A stretch of 64,000 bases of DNA. Origin: Eledone cirrhosa. Taxonomy: Eukaryota. Every line of letters starts with the position of its first letter. Positions within the stretch are counted from its first letter, which is position 1. Location of the stretch: NCBI GenBank assembly GCA_964016885.1, contig OZ024746.1, forward strand, positions 56,358,001-56,422,000, given 5' to 3'. A program made the translations under genes and the position numbers. This document shows, in pieces, positions 41,440 through 54,815 of this stretch. The notes under the pieces are model-generated. The model did no database searches. It was not told where the DNA came from and was given only the letters and a program-made list of their open reading frames with translations.

Positions 41440-42960
41440 TCCATTTAAAAACTAGTGACGCAATGCCAATTGTTGCCATGGAAACAAACTATACACATAT
41501 CCACACACTGAAGGAAAAATGTGTAACAAAAATCACGAAAACAACACAACCAACAACACCAGCAACAACAACACCAACACAATCACAATGAACGAGAACA
41601 ACAACAACACCACAATAAATTGAATCAGCAACAACACAACGAACGAGAACATCACCACCACTAACAACAATAGCAATAACAACATTTCTTTTGCATCACC
41701 GTTGCTAACAATATTATCCTATGGATATTTCACACAAGTCCTAATATTAGGAAGAAGCTTCCAACTATGTCACGTTTGAGGGAGACACCCCACAAATACG
41801 AGATATGACACAGACAAAAAAACCGATCTAGAGAAAAGTTGATATAAATACAAAAAAAAACACTGAAACTTCCAGCAACTGAAGCCGCGTTGAAAGACAA
41901 CATGCCAGACGTGGTATGCCTCGACAGAGCTAAAACATGGGAGTATATCAGTGCTCTTTAATAGCGAAACTCTGAATCAAAAGCATCTTGTCCTCTACAT
42001 ACATGGAAAGAAGAACCAATTAAATTAAAATAACAAATATCCCAGCAGAGGTCAACATATGGCGGAAGAACGGTGAAGACACCCTCCTATCTGTAGGCAG
42101 GACAGACCGGAATAATTGGTTTGGAAACTGCATCGAGGTTTTGGTACCAATGAGGCCAGAGAGAGTGGAGAAACCTTGGACAGTATCGTCCTTGATGAAG
42201 ATGTCATCTCCAGAAAAAAGGCCTCAGTGCGATAAGTGTGGAAAAAGCACACACTTAAATGCCATTTGCCGTCTCTTAAACAAACCCCAAACAAACAAGG
42301 TGCTACTGCTAACACCAAAACCCCAACATCAACACCCGAAACTAAACTCAACAATACAAAAACTGGAAACATCCACTCCCTCACCACCACAGACCAGAGA
42401 CAACAATACACACAAAACCCTACTGAAATTCCAACCATGCCTCCTCCCTCTCTGTCAAATACTTCCACAAACACCAGCACAAACACTCAACCACACAATA
42501 TACCACTCCCATGTTTCAGAAGTATCAGACACGGGAACCTGTACATCTCCAAGTGAGGATGAAACGGAACCACACAAATCCAAGGAACAAAAAAGACACA
42601 GAAAAAATACAAAACAAAGACATCAACAGAAAACACGCATACACCAACACCGCCATAAACACACCGCCACAAACGACAGCCACACCAACAACAAAATAAC
42701 CAACAACACAACCAAACACTTCACCAACAACAAAATAACCAACAACACAACCAAACACTTCACCAACAACAAAATAACCAACAACACAACCAAACACTTC
42801 ACCAACAACAAAATTACCAACAACACAACCAAACACTTCACCAACAAAACAAACACCCATACCATCCCAATCACAAACCCCAACCACAAAAAGGAAACTA
42901 CAAATAGAAACAGCACACAAGAAAAACAAAACGCACTATACATACATAAAGACCACTAAA
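41440..42960 (+). pseudogene. Degenerate Tx1-like ORF1 with a 39-bp x4 tandem repeat at 42681-42845
   Basis: VAMET, poly-N-like linker, YMERR, MRPERV, CDKCGKSTHLNAIC knuckle. Confidence 0.75.
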
Positions 42961-43064
42961 AAAAAACTAGTAGAAACTGTCTACATAGTACTAGTCTTCA
43001 TTTTTCTCCTCTCCTCCTCTTCTCTCCCCTCTCTCTCTATAACCCCCTCATTTCTAATATCTCG

Positions 43065-43136
<72 letters not shown>

Positions 43137-43779
43137 CTCTCTCTCTCTATCTATATCCCTCTCTCTCTCTCTCTCATGCACTCCGTTCGATTTGTGGTTA
43201 TATCTTAACCCCCCAAAATATTAGTATGCAAATAGCACACAGCTCGTATTTCGAGCTGCGTATACTCAAATTTTACGAATATTCATATATATATATATAT
43301 ATTTCGTCCCCTCTGCCATGTCAGTTAACTCTTTCTCTCTACTGACCTCTTCCTCGCACTCCCACTCACCCAGTCCCTGTTTCTCCCCTTCTTTCTTCCT
43401 CCCGTTCGCTGGGAAAACGGTTTTCATTCTTTCTAACACCGGATTCACTAGCGAAAGGTCTGTTTTCTGACTCGCTCATATATTCACACAGGTTATGCTG
43501 AAAGAATAACTACGTTGCTTGTGTTTATTTCCATCTTCGGTTAGCTTCCCCCCTGTGTTGCTAACTTGTCTCACTCGCTTTACGCGTTTCTATTGTCCTA
43601 ATAACTTATTTTAGTTATTATCGCTCCAACGTGAGGTATATGATTTTTAATGCGATGAAATACCCATGATCGTTTGGTAAATCACTGATGAGGGATTCAT
43701 TTTATAACATGTTATCCATGTGCAACCAGCAGTATTCTTCTCACCCATATTTTCATATATATATATATATATATATATA

Positions 43780-43955
43780 GGAAAAGAGTCAGAACCCCGA
43801 CGGCTGAGCTCCGGCCGTTTCCATAGCTAGATCGTCAAAACGGCCGGGTATTAGCCGTCGGGGTCCTAATACTTTTCCAATTACCCACTTACTAGCCTAA
43901 GTAGCGAGTACTCTGAAGCGTTATGGTCCAACTGGTTCCTTACCACACTTCCTTG

Positions 43956-43958
<3 letters not shown>
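43780..43958. mobile_element. Hairpin-headed mini-element (family of 10849)
   Basis: GGAAAAGAGTCAGAACCCCGACGGCT...AGCCGTCGGGGTCCTAATACTTTTCC. Confidence 0.8.
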
Positions 43959-43995
<37 letters not shown>

Positions 43996-44258
43996 CGTTT
44001 AGTAATATTGTTGTGGTCGTGTTTTCGTTGGCAATCGTCTGTTTACGACAGTACAGCGCGGTTCTACTTTATTTAACTGAGATAACACTTATATGAGCAT
44101 GAACAGTAGATCATTACGCATCTTTTGGCTTAAAAATCTAGAAATCTGGTCCAGCGGAAAAAAGTTTATAATCAAAGTTTGCTGATAAATCTTGTGTTCA
44201 AGTGAGTGAGTAGTAAGCGTGACGCTAGGGGAAGTAATCCAGAAATGACGACGTTTGG

Positions 44259-44778
44259 AATATGTATATTTGTGTACGTCGCCATATATGTATGTATGTA
44301 TATGTGTATATGTGTATGTCGCAATATATGTATGTATGTGTGTATATGTATATTTGTGTACGTCACCATATATGTATGTATGTGTGTATATATGTATATC
44401 TGTGTACGTCGCCATATATGTATGTATGTATGTGTGTGTATGTATATTTGTGTGCGTCGCCATATATGTATGTATGTGTATATGTATATTTGTGTACGTC
44501 GCCATATATGTTTGTATGTATGTGTGTATATGTATATTTAAGTACGTCGCCATATGTGTATGTATGTATGTATGTGTATATGTATATTTGTGTACGTCGC
44601 CATATATGCAGTATGTATGTGTGTATATGTATATTTGTTTATGTTGCGATATATGTATGTATGTATGTATGTATGTGTGTATGTGTGTATATGTATATTT
44701 GTGTATGTCGCCATATATGTGTATATGTATGTGTATATGTATATTTGTGTACGTCGCCATATATGTATGTATGTGTGT
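44259..44778. repeat. Minisatellite, unit ~40-50 bp, about 11 copies
   Basis: Repeats of TATGTATATTTGTGTACGTCGCCATATATGTATGTATG with a variable microsatellite spacer. Confidence 0.9.
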
Positions 44779-45799
44779 ATCGGGCTCACATACATTCTCT
44801 GTGCGTGATTTGGCTCAGCCCAGCCAATCAGCGCCAGTAGAAGAGGATGTATCCCTACGCGTTCGGAGGGCGAAATAGCCCGCAAAGATTTGAGGACGCT
44901 ATCACTTCCAGGCTAGACCATGTTAAGGTAAACAACACTTGTTCTTTTGCTCAAACAATATGTAACGACAAAACAATACCTACGAGCCTGACCAAACGCC
45001 TTCAGCCAGTCGCCCATATTTTCTCTTGTAATCTTAATTGAATTATTTCATTATTCTTGGCATGCCAGCTTAATTCAGTTCTTAACCTTTATTAATAAAT
45101 AATGTAAAAACAAGCTAAAATTCGTTGTCGATATTCCTATCGTATCTTTCAACCAAACTTGGTTCCTCGTGGCAACAACACAACAACTCTCTAAATATTC
45201 TTCTCCGCTAAATTCGAATTTATACCTAAACCAAATTGGTGACAATATATCTTCACCAAATTTGTGACCCTCGACGATTAAGTATGAAAACGCAGCCTAT
45301 TTGAATTCGCCAGTCGTTTTAACATTTGAAATATTCGAATCGGGTTTCTAGACTCGCTTAGCGTAAGTCCATAAAATTCATAATATTCCATTTGTTGAAG
45401 CACGCGACATACACAATATTTCTGTTATAACTTTCATGATAACACAAGTAACTCACGCATACAGACGAACACAAAAATACTACACAAAAGAAAGAGTTTT
45501 TTCGACGTCTAACAACAAATTTCACTTTTGGATTGAAAATTATTATTGCGAGCATAGTTTGATAAAAACCAAAAAAAAAAGAATTTAAAAAAAAAAGAAT
45601 TTCTCTGGATATAGAATTTTGCTCGGCTTATTCAGTTTTTCCATGGCACAGAAATGGAATATTTCCACTTCGAATCAATACCTTTCACTAAAATCGGGCA
45701 ATTGGACTGATCAAATTCACATTCATGCCAGTTTTTACAAATCGGAGGTGAGCAAAGTGAGACAGGTGTACAAAAAGAGGGGGGTGAGCAAAGTGACCA

Positions 45800-48700
45800 G
45801 GAAGATTTTGATGGCAGAAAATGTACAGAACTTCTGACTTTGGCTAGATTGTGCAAATTTGGTCCCCCATCAAATAGCCCAGATCCCACTGCACGTCTAA
45901 AGCTAGCTAAACGAATGCACAAGGCCATACATGAACTTTCACCTGATTTGACTGTGTCCCAAATTCGGAAAAAAAATGGAAATCTTTGAGCAGTGTAAAG
46001 GATTCCATAGGGACAACATCTATTGCATAGGACAGTCTGACTGCACAAATGGACTTGAACTGATTCGAAGTATGGCTCCTCACTCTCCTCGCATCCGTAC
46101 AATTCTGAGATGTGTGTACACAGTGAGATCAGTCTGTGTCTGGCTAGACTCCTATGACATTTCAATCTTGGAAGGAAATTCGTCAATATTTGATGATCTA
46201 GTAAATCCCCAAAACATGTCCAACAATCTGCTAAGCCGTTTAAATGAGATAGTGGAAAAGGAAAATGAGAGCTTGCATTCAGAATCCTCAATCATGGCCA
46301 ATTTTGCATCCATTATCAAACATTTTAATAAAGAGATTCAAAAAATGAAAATCAACTCCTGTGACATTTGCAAACAACGAGAATTAGATGCTAAACTCAA
46401 AGTCTGGAAGATTGGAGCCCTTTGACAAATCCCTATCTCCTGGAAACCATTCAACAAAACTACTCTCTACCATGTACGATTTGCTCTACATGTAGAAATA
46501 GTCTTGTCAAAAAGTCGATACCATCATTGGCTTCAATCAATGGCCTAGAAGTGTCAAAAATCCAAATGTGTTGTCAAAGTTGAACATGTATGAGCAGATT
46601 TTGATCCAAATGGCCAATTGCTTCATCAATGTCATTAAATTGTCACCCTATCGTTTCAAAGGTGCACCATCACATATTAAAGGAATAGCAACTCACATGC
46701 CACTACCAGTAGAAAACACAATCAATCATGTAATGAAAAAAATTCCATCGAATCAAAATGATGTATTTGAAATAATTGTTGATAGTCTTCCAACTAAAAA
46801 GGGCACAATTTGGCGATCGCTAGTGAATATGCAAAATGTCTTTGATGCCTTGGAGTGGCTGAAAAACAACAATGACATTTACAATGACATTTTGATAGAC
46901 AGAACCACACATTTAGAGGACATTGTTACATGCACTGGTGAAAATGTTTCCATCAATTTTCCACACATTCTCACACAAACTGGTGCTGAAACAGTCTATG
47001 AACACCATACTGTACAGCAAATCAAGCCTGCACTCCCAAATCAAAAGGACCTTGAACTGTTTCGCATGAAACGAGTTGAAGGTACTCTTCTTCCGGACAA
47101 TGATCCAAACCTGGATCTGATGTGCTTCCCCCACTCATTCCCTAAAGGAAAATTTGAAATGATGCACATGAACAGACCCCATGGTAGAGTAAAGCCCTAC
47201 ATGTTCATCAGAAACAAACTCAGACATGAGGACCCCCGGTTTCGTAGAGACATTCAGTACATTCTCTACAATTTGGACAAGGCTGACAAAAGAGCACTAG
47301 ATTCTGGCATTTTTGCCGTAATGAAATCACTCAAAAGTCCAAAATTGATACTTGCTCAATTTTATAAAAGATTGGAAGACAATGATGAACAATTGGAAAG
47401 TGGTTTGTCAATGATGATGGCGAATGTTCGTGGAACAAAGCCATTTTGGGAACGCAAGTGCTCCAACTTGAATGCCATAGATGAGAAATTCGGTCCTGCC
47501 CATTTGTTTATCACTCTTTCATGTGCTGAATACTTTTGGCCAGGCTTGAGGGAATTTTTGGAAAAACTCCATAAAGACATTACAAATGTTGAAACAAGGC
47601 CGATAGGGAATCTCTGTGCAAATAAAGTTGTGGCTGTCAGTGAGTACTTTCACCATCGTTTTAGTACTGTTTTTCATGATGTAATTTTAAATAAAAAAGG
47701 CCCATTTGGGGAAATGATACATTACTTTTGGTGACTCGAGTATCAACAACGTGGTGCCCCTCACATTCACCTTAAAGCCTGGGTTCGGGACAGTGTAATT
47801 TCTGACAAAGATCCTAAAGAAAAAATCAAGCAATTTATTGAACGCTGCATTACTTGCCGGCTACCATCCCCTTTGGCCAGCCTAAACTTGGCAAATCTCG
47901 TAAGACGGTTCCTAGTCCATACTTGTGGCAAAGCATGCTGGAGAATAGTGAGGAGAGGGACAAATTTTCGTAAAAAATGCCGTTTTGGTTTTGCACGTGC
48001 AGTGGGGCCATTTCGGTTTTTCTCAGTTTCTGAAAGTATAAAATCACGAAAAAATGGTAATGGGACAACAAAACTACCGATTGGAAAGAAAAGAATCAGA
48101 AAAGTACATAAATCACTACAATCCATGTTTACTTCTAGCCTGGCAAGCAAATATAGATGTGCAATACATTGGTGAGAATAGTATGATTTTGAATAGATAT
48201 GTCACCTGCTATCAGACTAAGGCTGAAAAAAATGAGGCTGAGGGAGTGTGGGCGAATCTGGATCATTCCAAAACAAAATATGGGAAATACAAAAGTGCTG
48301 GACTGCAATTGCTTGGGAAAAAGGGATACAGGAGGGTATGAAGCTGCTGACAAACTTTTGGGGCATCATTTTTACGGGTCATCAGATCATGTTATTTGGG
48401 TAGGTGCAGACATTCCCAGTAGGCGTGGCTGCAGATTGAAATCTCAAAATAATCTCGATGAACTGAGTGAACACTCAATGGACTTGTTCTACGAGAACAT
48501 GGTGGAAACTTTTTACAAAAACCGGCCAAAATTCCTGGAAGATTCCTCCTTATATGAAGTTGCCAGCAAATATGAGAGGACACAAAAAACCTGTTGACAG
48601 AGATGTGGCTACAAAAATGAAATTGCTCAATGACAAGGGGTATTTTCATAGTGTAAAAGAGCGGGTAGTTAAAGCACCGAATATACAGCTCAAAAATGAC

Positions 48701-50560
48701 ACAAAAGAACGTTATTACCACAATCTTCTAATGCTGTTCAAACCCTGGCATGATGAGGACAAAGATTTATTGGGGGTCTGCAAAACATTTGAAGAGTCCT
48801 TTCATCTGTGTGCAAACAATTTGCCTGATATGGTTAATTTTCAAAATGTGAGGAAAAAAATCACTGATGCAGTTGAGATGGGGAAGAGGTTGGAGAAGGA
48901 GGGTGAAAAGGAGGGAGAGGTCGGAGAAGGACAGAGAGAAGAGGGGGAGAAGGAGGCTGGTATTGATGTTCCCCAAATTCGAGATGTAGATGAAACTGCT
49001 CTACAGACAAAAGAAACACAGCTTAATACAGATCAAATATCCATATACAATCTAATTTTATCAGCAATTGAAAAACAGGAATTGCATTGGAATTCGGAAA
49101 AACCACTACCAAGGTGCAGATGTGATGATTGCCCACAATTTCTCAAATGTGTCTCTGGTGTAGGAGGTACAGGGAAAAGTTTTCTCATTGATATACTTTC
49201 TGACAAAGTTACTCAAATTTGTTGCAAGAGAAATGGGGCCCCAGTAGTCATTTGTGCACCAACTGGTATGGCTGCTTTCCAAATCAAGGGGACTACTTTG
49301 CACAGGCTCTTGAAACTCCCAGTCCAACATGGAAAGTCACCATCATATAGGGAATTAGAAAGTGATGAACTCAAAATTTTGCGATCCACTCTAGAGGGTG
49401 TCCGTCTGATAATTATCGATGAAATAAGTATGGTCAGTCATCTGATGTTAGTATTTATCCATAGGCGTCTAGATGAGATTTTGGGGGACCAGAGTCAAAT
49501 GACCAGCCCTTTTGGAAAAATAAATATTCTGGTTTTTTGGCGATCTACTTCAACTTCCACCAGTAAATGAAAAACACTATTTTCCAGTAGTTCTGCATAT
49601 GATGCTAAACGGACTGGTCTGGGAATAAGTGGGCAGTCACTGTGGACATTTTTCGACTATGATGAGCTCACAATAAACATGCGGCAAAAAAATGACAGTG
49701 AAAACTATTCTGAAATGTTGGGTCGAATAAGAATAGGATCACGTACAGACATGGACATCAAGACTTTGAGTGAACATTTCCTATTCCCAGATCGCAGGGC
49801 AACAATGAGAGAGACAACTGAGAAACTAATGCAACTTTGCACATTACCTAGTCAAACATTTGTCTGTATTTTGCCTGTCAATGAATCTGTAGATGAATTC
49901 AACAAGGAAATGCTTAAGCATGCCAACATCAGTACAGTTGTAGTTATTGCTGAGGACTCAGGAATGCGCCAGAAAGGTCGTAAAAAAAAGTCAAAGTCAA
50001 ACAAATTTTCCAAACCAAAAAAGACATCAGACACTGCTGGACTTGAGACTGAATTGCAAGTTGGAGTTGGGGCCAGAGTAATGCTGAGACGAAACATTAA
50101 TTTGGTGAAGGGGCTATGTAATGGTGTCATGGGAACAGTGCAAAGCATGGTCAATGGAAAAGATGGGAAAATGGGACAAATCATTGTGGAATTTGATCAC
50201 ATGATAGGCAATGACATTTCAATAGAAAAGGTGACTGCAGACTATGAACTCTCTCCTGGTGTGTATGTGACACGAAAACAGTTCCCCCTAAGCCTTGCCT
50301 ATGCCATCACCATCCATAAATCACAGGGAATAAGTGTTAATAGGGTCATTGCTGATCTTGGTCCTCTGTTGTTCGCAGATGGAATGGCCTATGTTGCACT
50401 TTCACGAGCTAGGAAATTCTGCAATGTCTATGTGATAGATTTTGACCCACGAACCCTGATCATGTGTGACAAATCTGCTTGGGAAGAGTACAACAAATTG
50501 CGTTCTACAACAAAATTGCCTCCACTTGGACCATGTAGAAATAAACCACCATGCATGGCT
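45800..50560 (+). pseudogene. Helitron-superfamily RepHel (Helentron/Helitron2-like): DUF6570-like region, HUH Rep, PIF1 helicase; frameshifted
   Basis: ALEWLKNNN, NVRGTKPFW, GPAHLFITLSCAE, EYQQRGAPHIH (HUH), YNPCLLLAWQANIDVQY..YVTCYQTK, GVGGTGKS, APTG, DEISMV, GDLLQLPPV, QFPLSLAYAITIHKSQG, YVALSR. Confidence 0.93.
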
Positions 50561-50679
50561 TCTGAATCTTGCATGCCAAAAAAAAACGATCATGGCGAAT
50601 GTTGAATGTGGACAACCCTTCTGAATATGCTCCTCCTACCAAAAAACATAAATTAACTACAATTTCCATGCTCACTCCC

Positions 50680-50862
50680 ATGATTAGACTACAAAATAAG
50701 GAAAATGCCTGTTTTGCCAATTCCACACTTCAAGCTATTGCCCAATTGCCAAAACTTTGGGAAACTTTGTTGTCTACCAAATTACTCAGTCCAGTTGTTC
50801 AGGAAATAGCAAATATTGTCAATGATTCAAAAATTGAACTTGCCCAATCTTCACAACATTGA
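50680..50862 (+). pseudogene. USP/peptidase C19-like Cys-box fragment downstream of the helicase
   Basis: IRLQNKENACFANSTLQAIAQL resembles GLxNxGNTCFxNSxLQxL. Confidence 0.62.
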
Positions 50863-51668
50863 AAGTTGGTCAAAATTTGACAAATCTGACTTCAAACCAG
50901 ATATGATTCATTTGAACAATGTTGCAAATCTTAAATTGACACAAATTTTTGCCAATGTTTTTGCCACCTGGGAGGTAATTACGAGTCTCTCTCTATTATC
51001 TAATATATTTCAAATTGTATTTTTAACTAAATTCATTTATCATAGTCTAATATTTTAAAAATAGGTTGATGCTCCACTATGATGACCCATGTCCCCGCCA
51101 TGTGGAGGGGATGCTTAGGAGCCATCCAGATATCGTATGACCATTTTTGGTTCGCGGTGTCCACATGATATCTGGGTGGCCCTTCATACTAATTAGTCAT
51201 TTATCTGCATAAAAATGATACCAGATCATTCTGATTATTGGCTTGAAATCTTTTACAAAATTAGTATGAGCAACTAAGAGGTCATCAATAGAAATAGAAT
51301 TACTTTTTGAAGTTTTCATGCACAGCATTTTTTGGGATTTTAAATAAAAGTTAATATCATAATTCTTATTTTGTATACCCACATTGCAGATACAGAGAAA
51401 CATGACAATCCTATATAAAGGTCGTAGACAGCAGTATCAGTTTTTATCCGTAACACCATTGAAATGCACAAGTTTCACCAATTCACTAATATGCACTAAT
51501 CATCTCAAATGCATTCATGATTTTCTAGCTTTGTCATTAAGCCAGTTGCCTCAACTAGATTGCAATTATACTCAAAAGAACTTTAAAATGTCAATCACTT
51601 GTCAGTAATTCACTATGATCATTTAATTATTAGATAGCTGTTGCTTGCATTGCCTTAAAAAATAGTAG

Positions 51669-52700
51669 ACCAGATAGAAAAATGCGTACAGCCAAAAAAA
51701 GTAATATTGTTGGAATATAAACCTTTAGAAACACAGGACAAGAATCTAAAATAAAACTTTAAAAGAATAGGACAAGAAACTAAGATAAAAATGTAAAGAA
51801 TTGGACAAGAAATAAAAAAATGTTACAATAATATTAGTGGCAACATTTTTGTATTCGTTTCCTGTGCTATGCCCCAGTATCTTCTTGATTAGTGCATAAT
51901 AATTGTCATGCTCTCATTGTGCGTTGCCCCTGAGCGGTTGGTTCTGGTTGGCGTTGGTTGGCTGAGCAGTTCTGCTCCGTCAGAATGACCATTGCAAGAA
52001 GAATTGGCCCATGCCGCTGCAGGACTCCTCCAAGAATGCACTTCTGGTCCCGCAACACCAGACGAGGATGGAGAAGACGACCGGGACAAGATGTCGACTC
52101 TGACCACCGACTACGGCACCTCCCTCAAACACCGGTCCTCCCTCCCTCTGTCCCGTCATCCCTCCAGTCCGCCTGCTCCCCCTTCCTGTACCAGAATGCT
52201 GTGGCACGCATTCATCTGGACTGCCGGACTTGAACTCAAGGACAAGATGCAAGGAGAAGATGGAAGGGTTGGTCAAGATCAAGGATGAGTGGGACGACAA
52301 GACCGTCCGCTGCTGCTCAAGATCTGTGCTCATGGGCTCACGCATGGGTCCATTCACATTATGCATGACACATGAGGCGTGTCGCCGAATGATGAAATAG
52401 GGGTATGGTTATGGCCCAATTGGTGTTCAAACCAGGATCAAATGATCCCCCCGGTCTGACGTCGACCTCTGAATATGGAACCCAGAGCCTATGAATGTGG
52501 AACTCAATTTTTTACCAATAAAAATTTTGCCACTAATATTATTGTAACATTTTTTATTTCTTGTCCAATTCTTTAAAGTTTTATCTTAGTTTCTTGTCCT
52601 ATTCTTTTAAAGTTTTATTTTAGTTTCTTGTCCTGTATTTTTAAAGGTTTATATTCCAACAATATTACTTTTTTTGGCTGTACGCATTTTTCTATCTGGT
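51669..52700. repeat. Foldback cassette: ~180-bp inverted repeats around a GC-rich core
   Basis: 51669-51850 is the reverse complement of 52521-52700; the arms carry three ~33-bp GGACAAGAA sub-repeats. Confidence 0.9.
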
Positions 52701-52727
52701 ATATATATATACATATATATATATATA

Positions 52728-52811
<84 letters not shown>

Positions 52812-52922
52812 TTGTAATATAATGAAACGAAATTTCATTTCTCACTCTTAGCACGGCACTTACTTAAATGTAAGTATGTATGTATACGTACATACATATA
52901 TGTATACAGACGTACAGTAGCA

Positions 52923-52998
<76 letters not shown>

Positions 52999-53153
52999 CA
53001 GGTACACATATATATATGATATGTACGTATCAGTTTAGCAGACGTTTATTATAACGCCCGCTTTGTCCGTTTGTAAACAAGCGGACAGCCTGATTTATGC
53101 CATACGGTGTTAAGGCAACCACGTCACCTTTTTGTTCAACACTGACACAGGAA

Positions 53154-53194
53154 CGATGTACTAGTTTCAAGCTTCTTAGCTATCATCAGCACCG
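53154..53194 (-). ncRNA. Minimal type I hammerhead ribozyme
   Basis: CGGTG-CTGATGA-tAGCT-aaga-AGCTt-GAAA-CTAG-TA-CATCG. Confidence 0.9.
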
Positions 53195-53430
53195 TATACC
53201 CTTCTGGAAGATAGTTGAACGTTCGAAAGCATATACTTTCCTTATGAAAATTAACGGCTGAGCACCCTAATTTGCATATCGAGTGAGTTCAGTCGGCCAG
53301 GCGTACCGAAAACGAGAAGTTGTAATATAATGAAACGAAATTTCATTTTTCACTCTTAGTACGGCACTTACTTAAATGTAAGTATGTATGTATACGTACA
53401 TACATATATGTATACAGACGTACAGTAGCA

Positions 53431-53530
<100 letters not shown>

Positions 53531-53616
53531 CAGGTACACATATATATATGTACGTATCAGTTCAGCAGACGTTTATTATAACGCCGCTGATAGGTACATA
53601 TATATATGTGTACATG

Positions 53617-53768
<152 letters not shown>

Positions 53769-54005
53769 TGCTACTGTACGTCTGTATACATATATGTATG
53801 TACGTATACATACATACTTACATTTAAGTAAGTGCCGTACTAAGAGTGAGAAATGAAATTTCGTTTTCATTTTATTACAACTTATCGTTTTCGGTGCGCC
53901 TGGCCGACTGAACTCACTCGATATGCACATTAGGCTGCTCAGCCGTTAATTTTCATAAGGAAAGTATATACTTTCGAACGTTCAACCATCTGGTAGAAGG
54001 GTATA

Positions 54006-54046
54006 CGGTGCTGATGATTGCTAACAAGCTTGAAACTAGTACATCG
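54006..54046 (+). ncRNA. Minimal type I hammerhead ribozyme
   Basis: CGGTG-CTGATGA-ttGCT-aaca-AGCtt-GAAA-CTAG-TA-CATCG. Confidence 0.88.
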
Positions 54047-54197
54047 TTCCTGTGTCAGTGTTGAACAAAAAGATGACGTGGTTGCCTTAACACCGTACGG
54101 CATAAATTCAGGCTGTCAGTTTGTTTACAAACGGACAAATCGGGCGTTATAATAAGCGTCCGCTAAACTGATACGTACATATATGTATGTGTACCTG

Positions 54198-54247
<50 letters not shown>

Positions 54248-54483
54248 TGCTACTGTACGTCTGTATACATATATGTATGTACGTATACATACATACTTAC
54301 ATTTAAGTAAGTGCCGTACTAAGAGTGAGAAATGAAATTTCGTTTCATTATATTACAACTTATCGTTTTCGGTACGCCTGGCCGACTGCAATCACTCGAT
54401 ATGCAAATTAGGCTGCTCAGCCGTTAATTTTCATAAGAAAAGTATATGCTTTCGAACGTTCAACTATCTGGCAGAAGGGTATA

Positions 54484-54524
54484 CGGTGCTGATGATAGCT
54501 AAGAAGCTTGAAACTAGTACTTCG
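54484..54524 (+). ncRNA. Minimal type I hammerhead ribozyme
   Basis: CGGTG-CTGATGA-tAGCT-aaga-AGCTt-GAAA-CTAG-TA-CtTCG (one stem I mismatch). Confidence 0.82.
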
Positions 54525-54767
54525 TTCCTGTGTCAGTGTTGAACGAAAAAAAAAAAAAAAAAAAAAAAAGGTGAACTGGTTGCCTTAACACCGTATGGCA
54601 TAAATCAGGCTGTCCGCTTGTTTACAAACGGACAAAGCGGGCGTTATAATAAACGTCTGCTAAACTGATACGTATATATATATATGTGTACCTGTATGTA
54701 TATATATATATGCATGCTACTGTACGTCTCTATACATATATGTATGTACGTATACATACATACTTAA

Positions 54768-54811
<44 letters not shown>

Positions 54812-54815
<4 letters not shown>

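Noticed and set aside
43680-43740. CTGATGA followed by a GGAT/ATCC stem
   Set aside because: No GAAA or stem III; at most a relic
44259-44778. CRISPR-like repeat-spacer appearance
   Set aside because: The spacers are microsatellite variants rather than unique sequences; eukaryotic context, no cas genes
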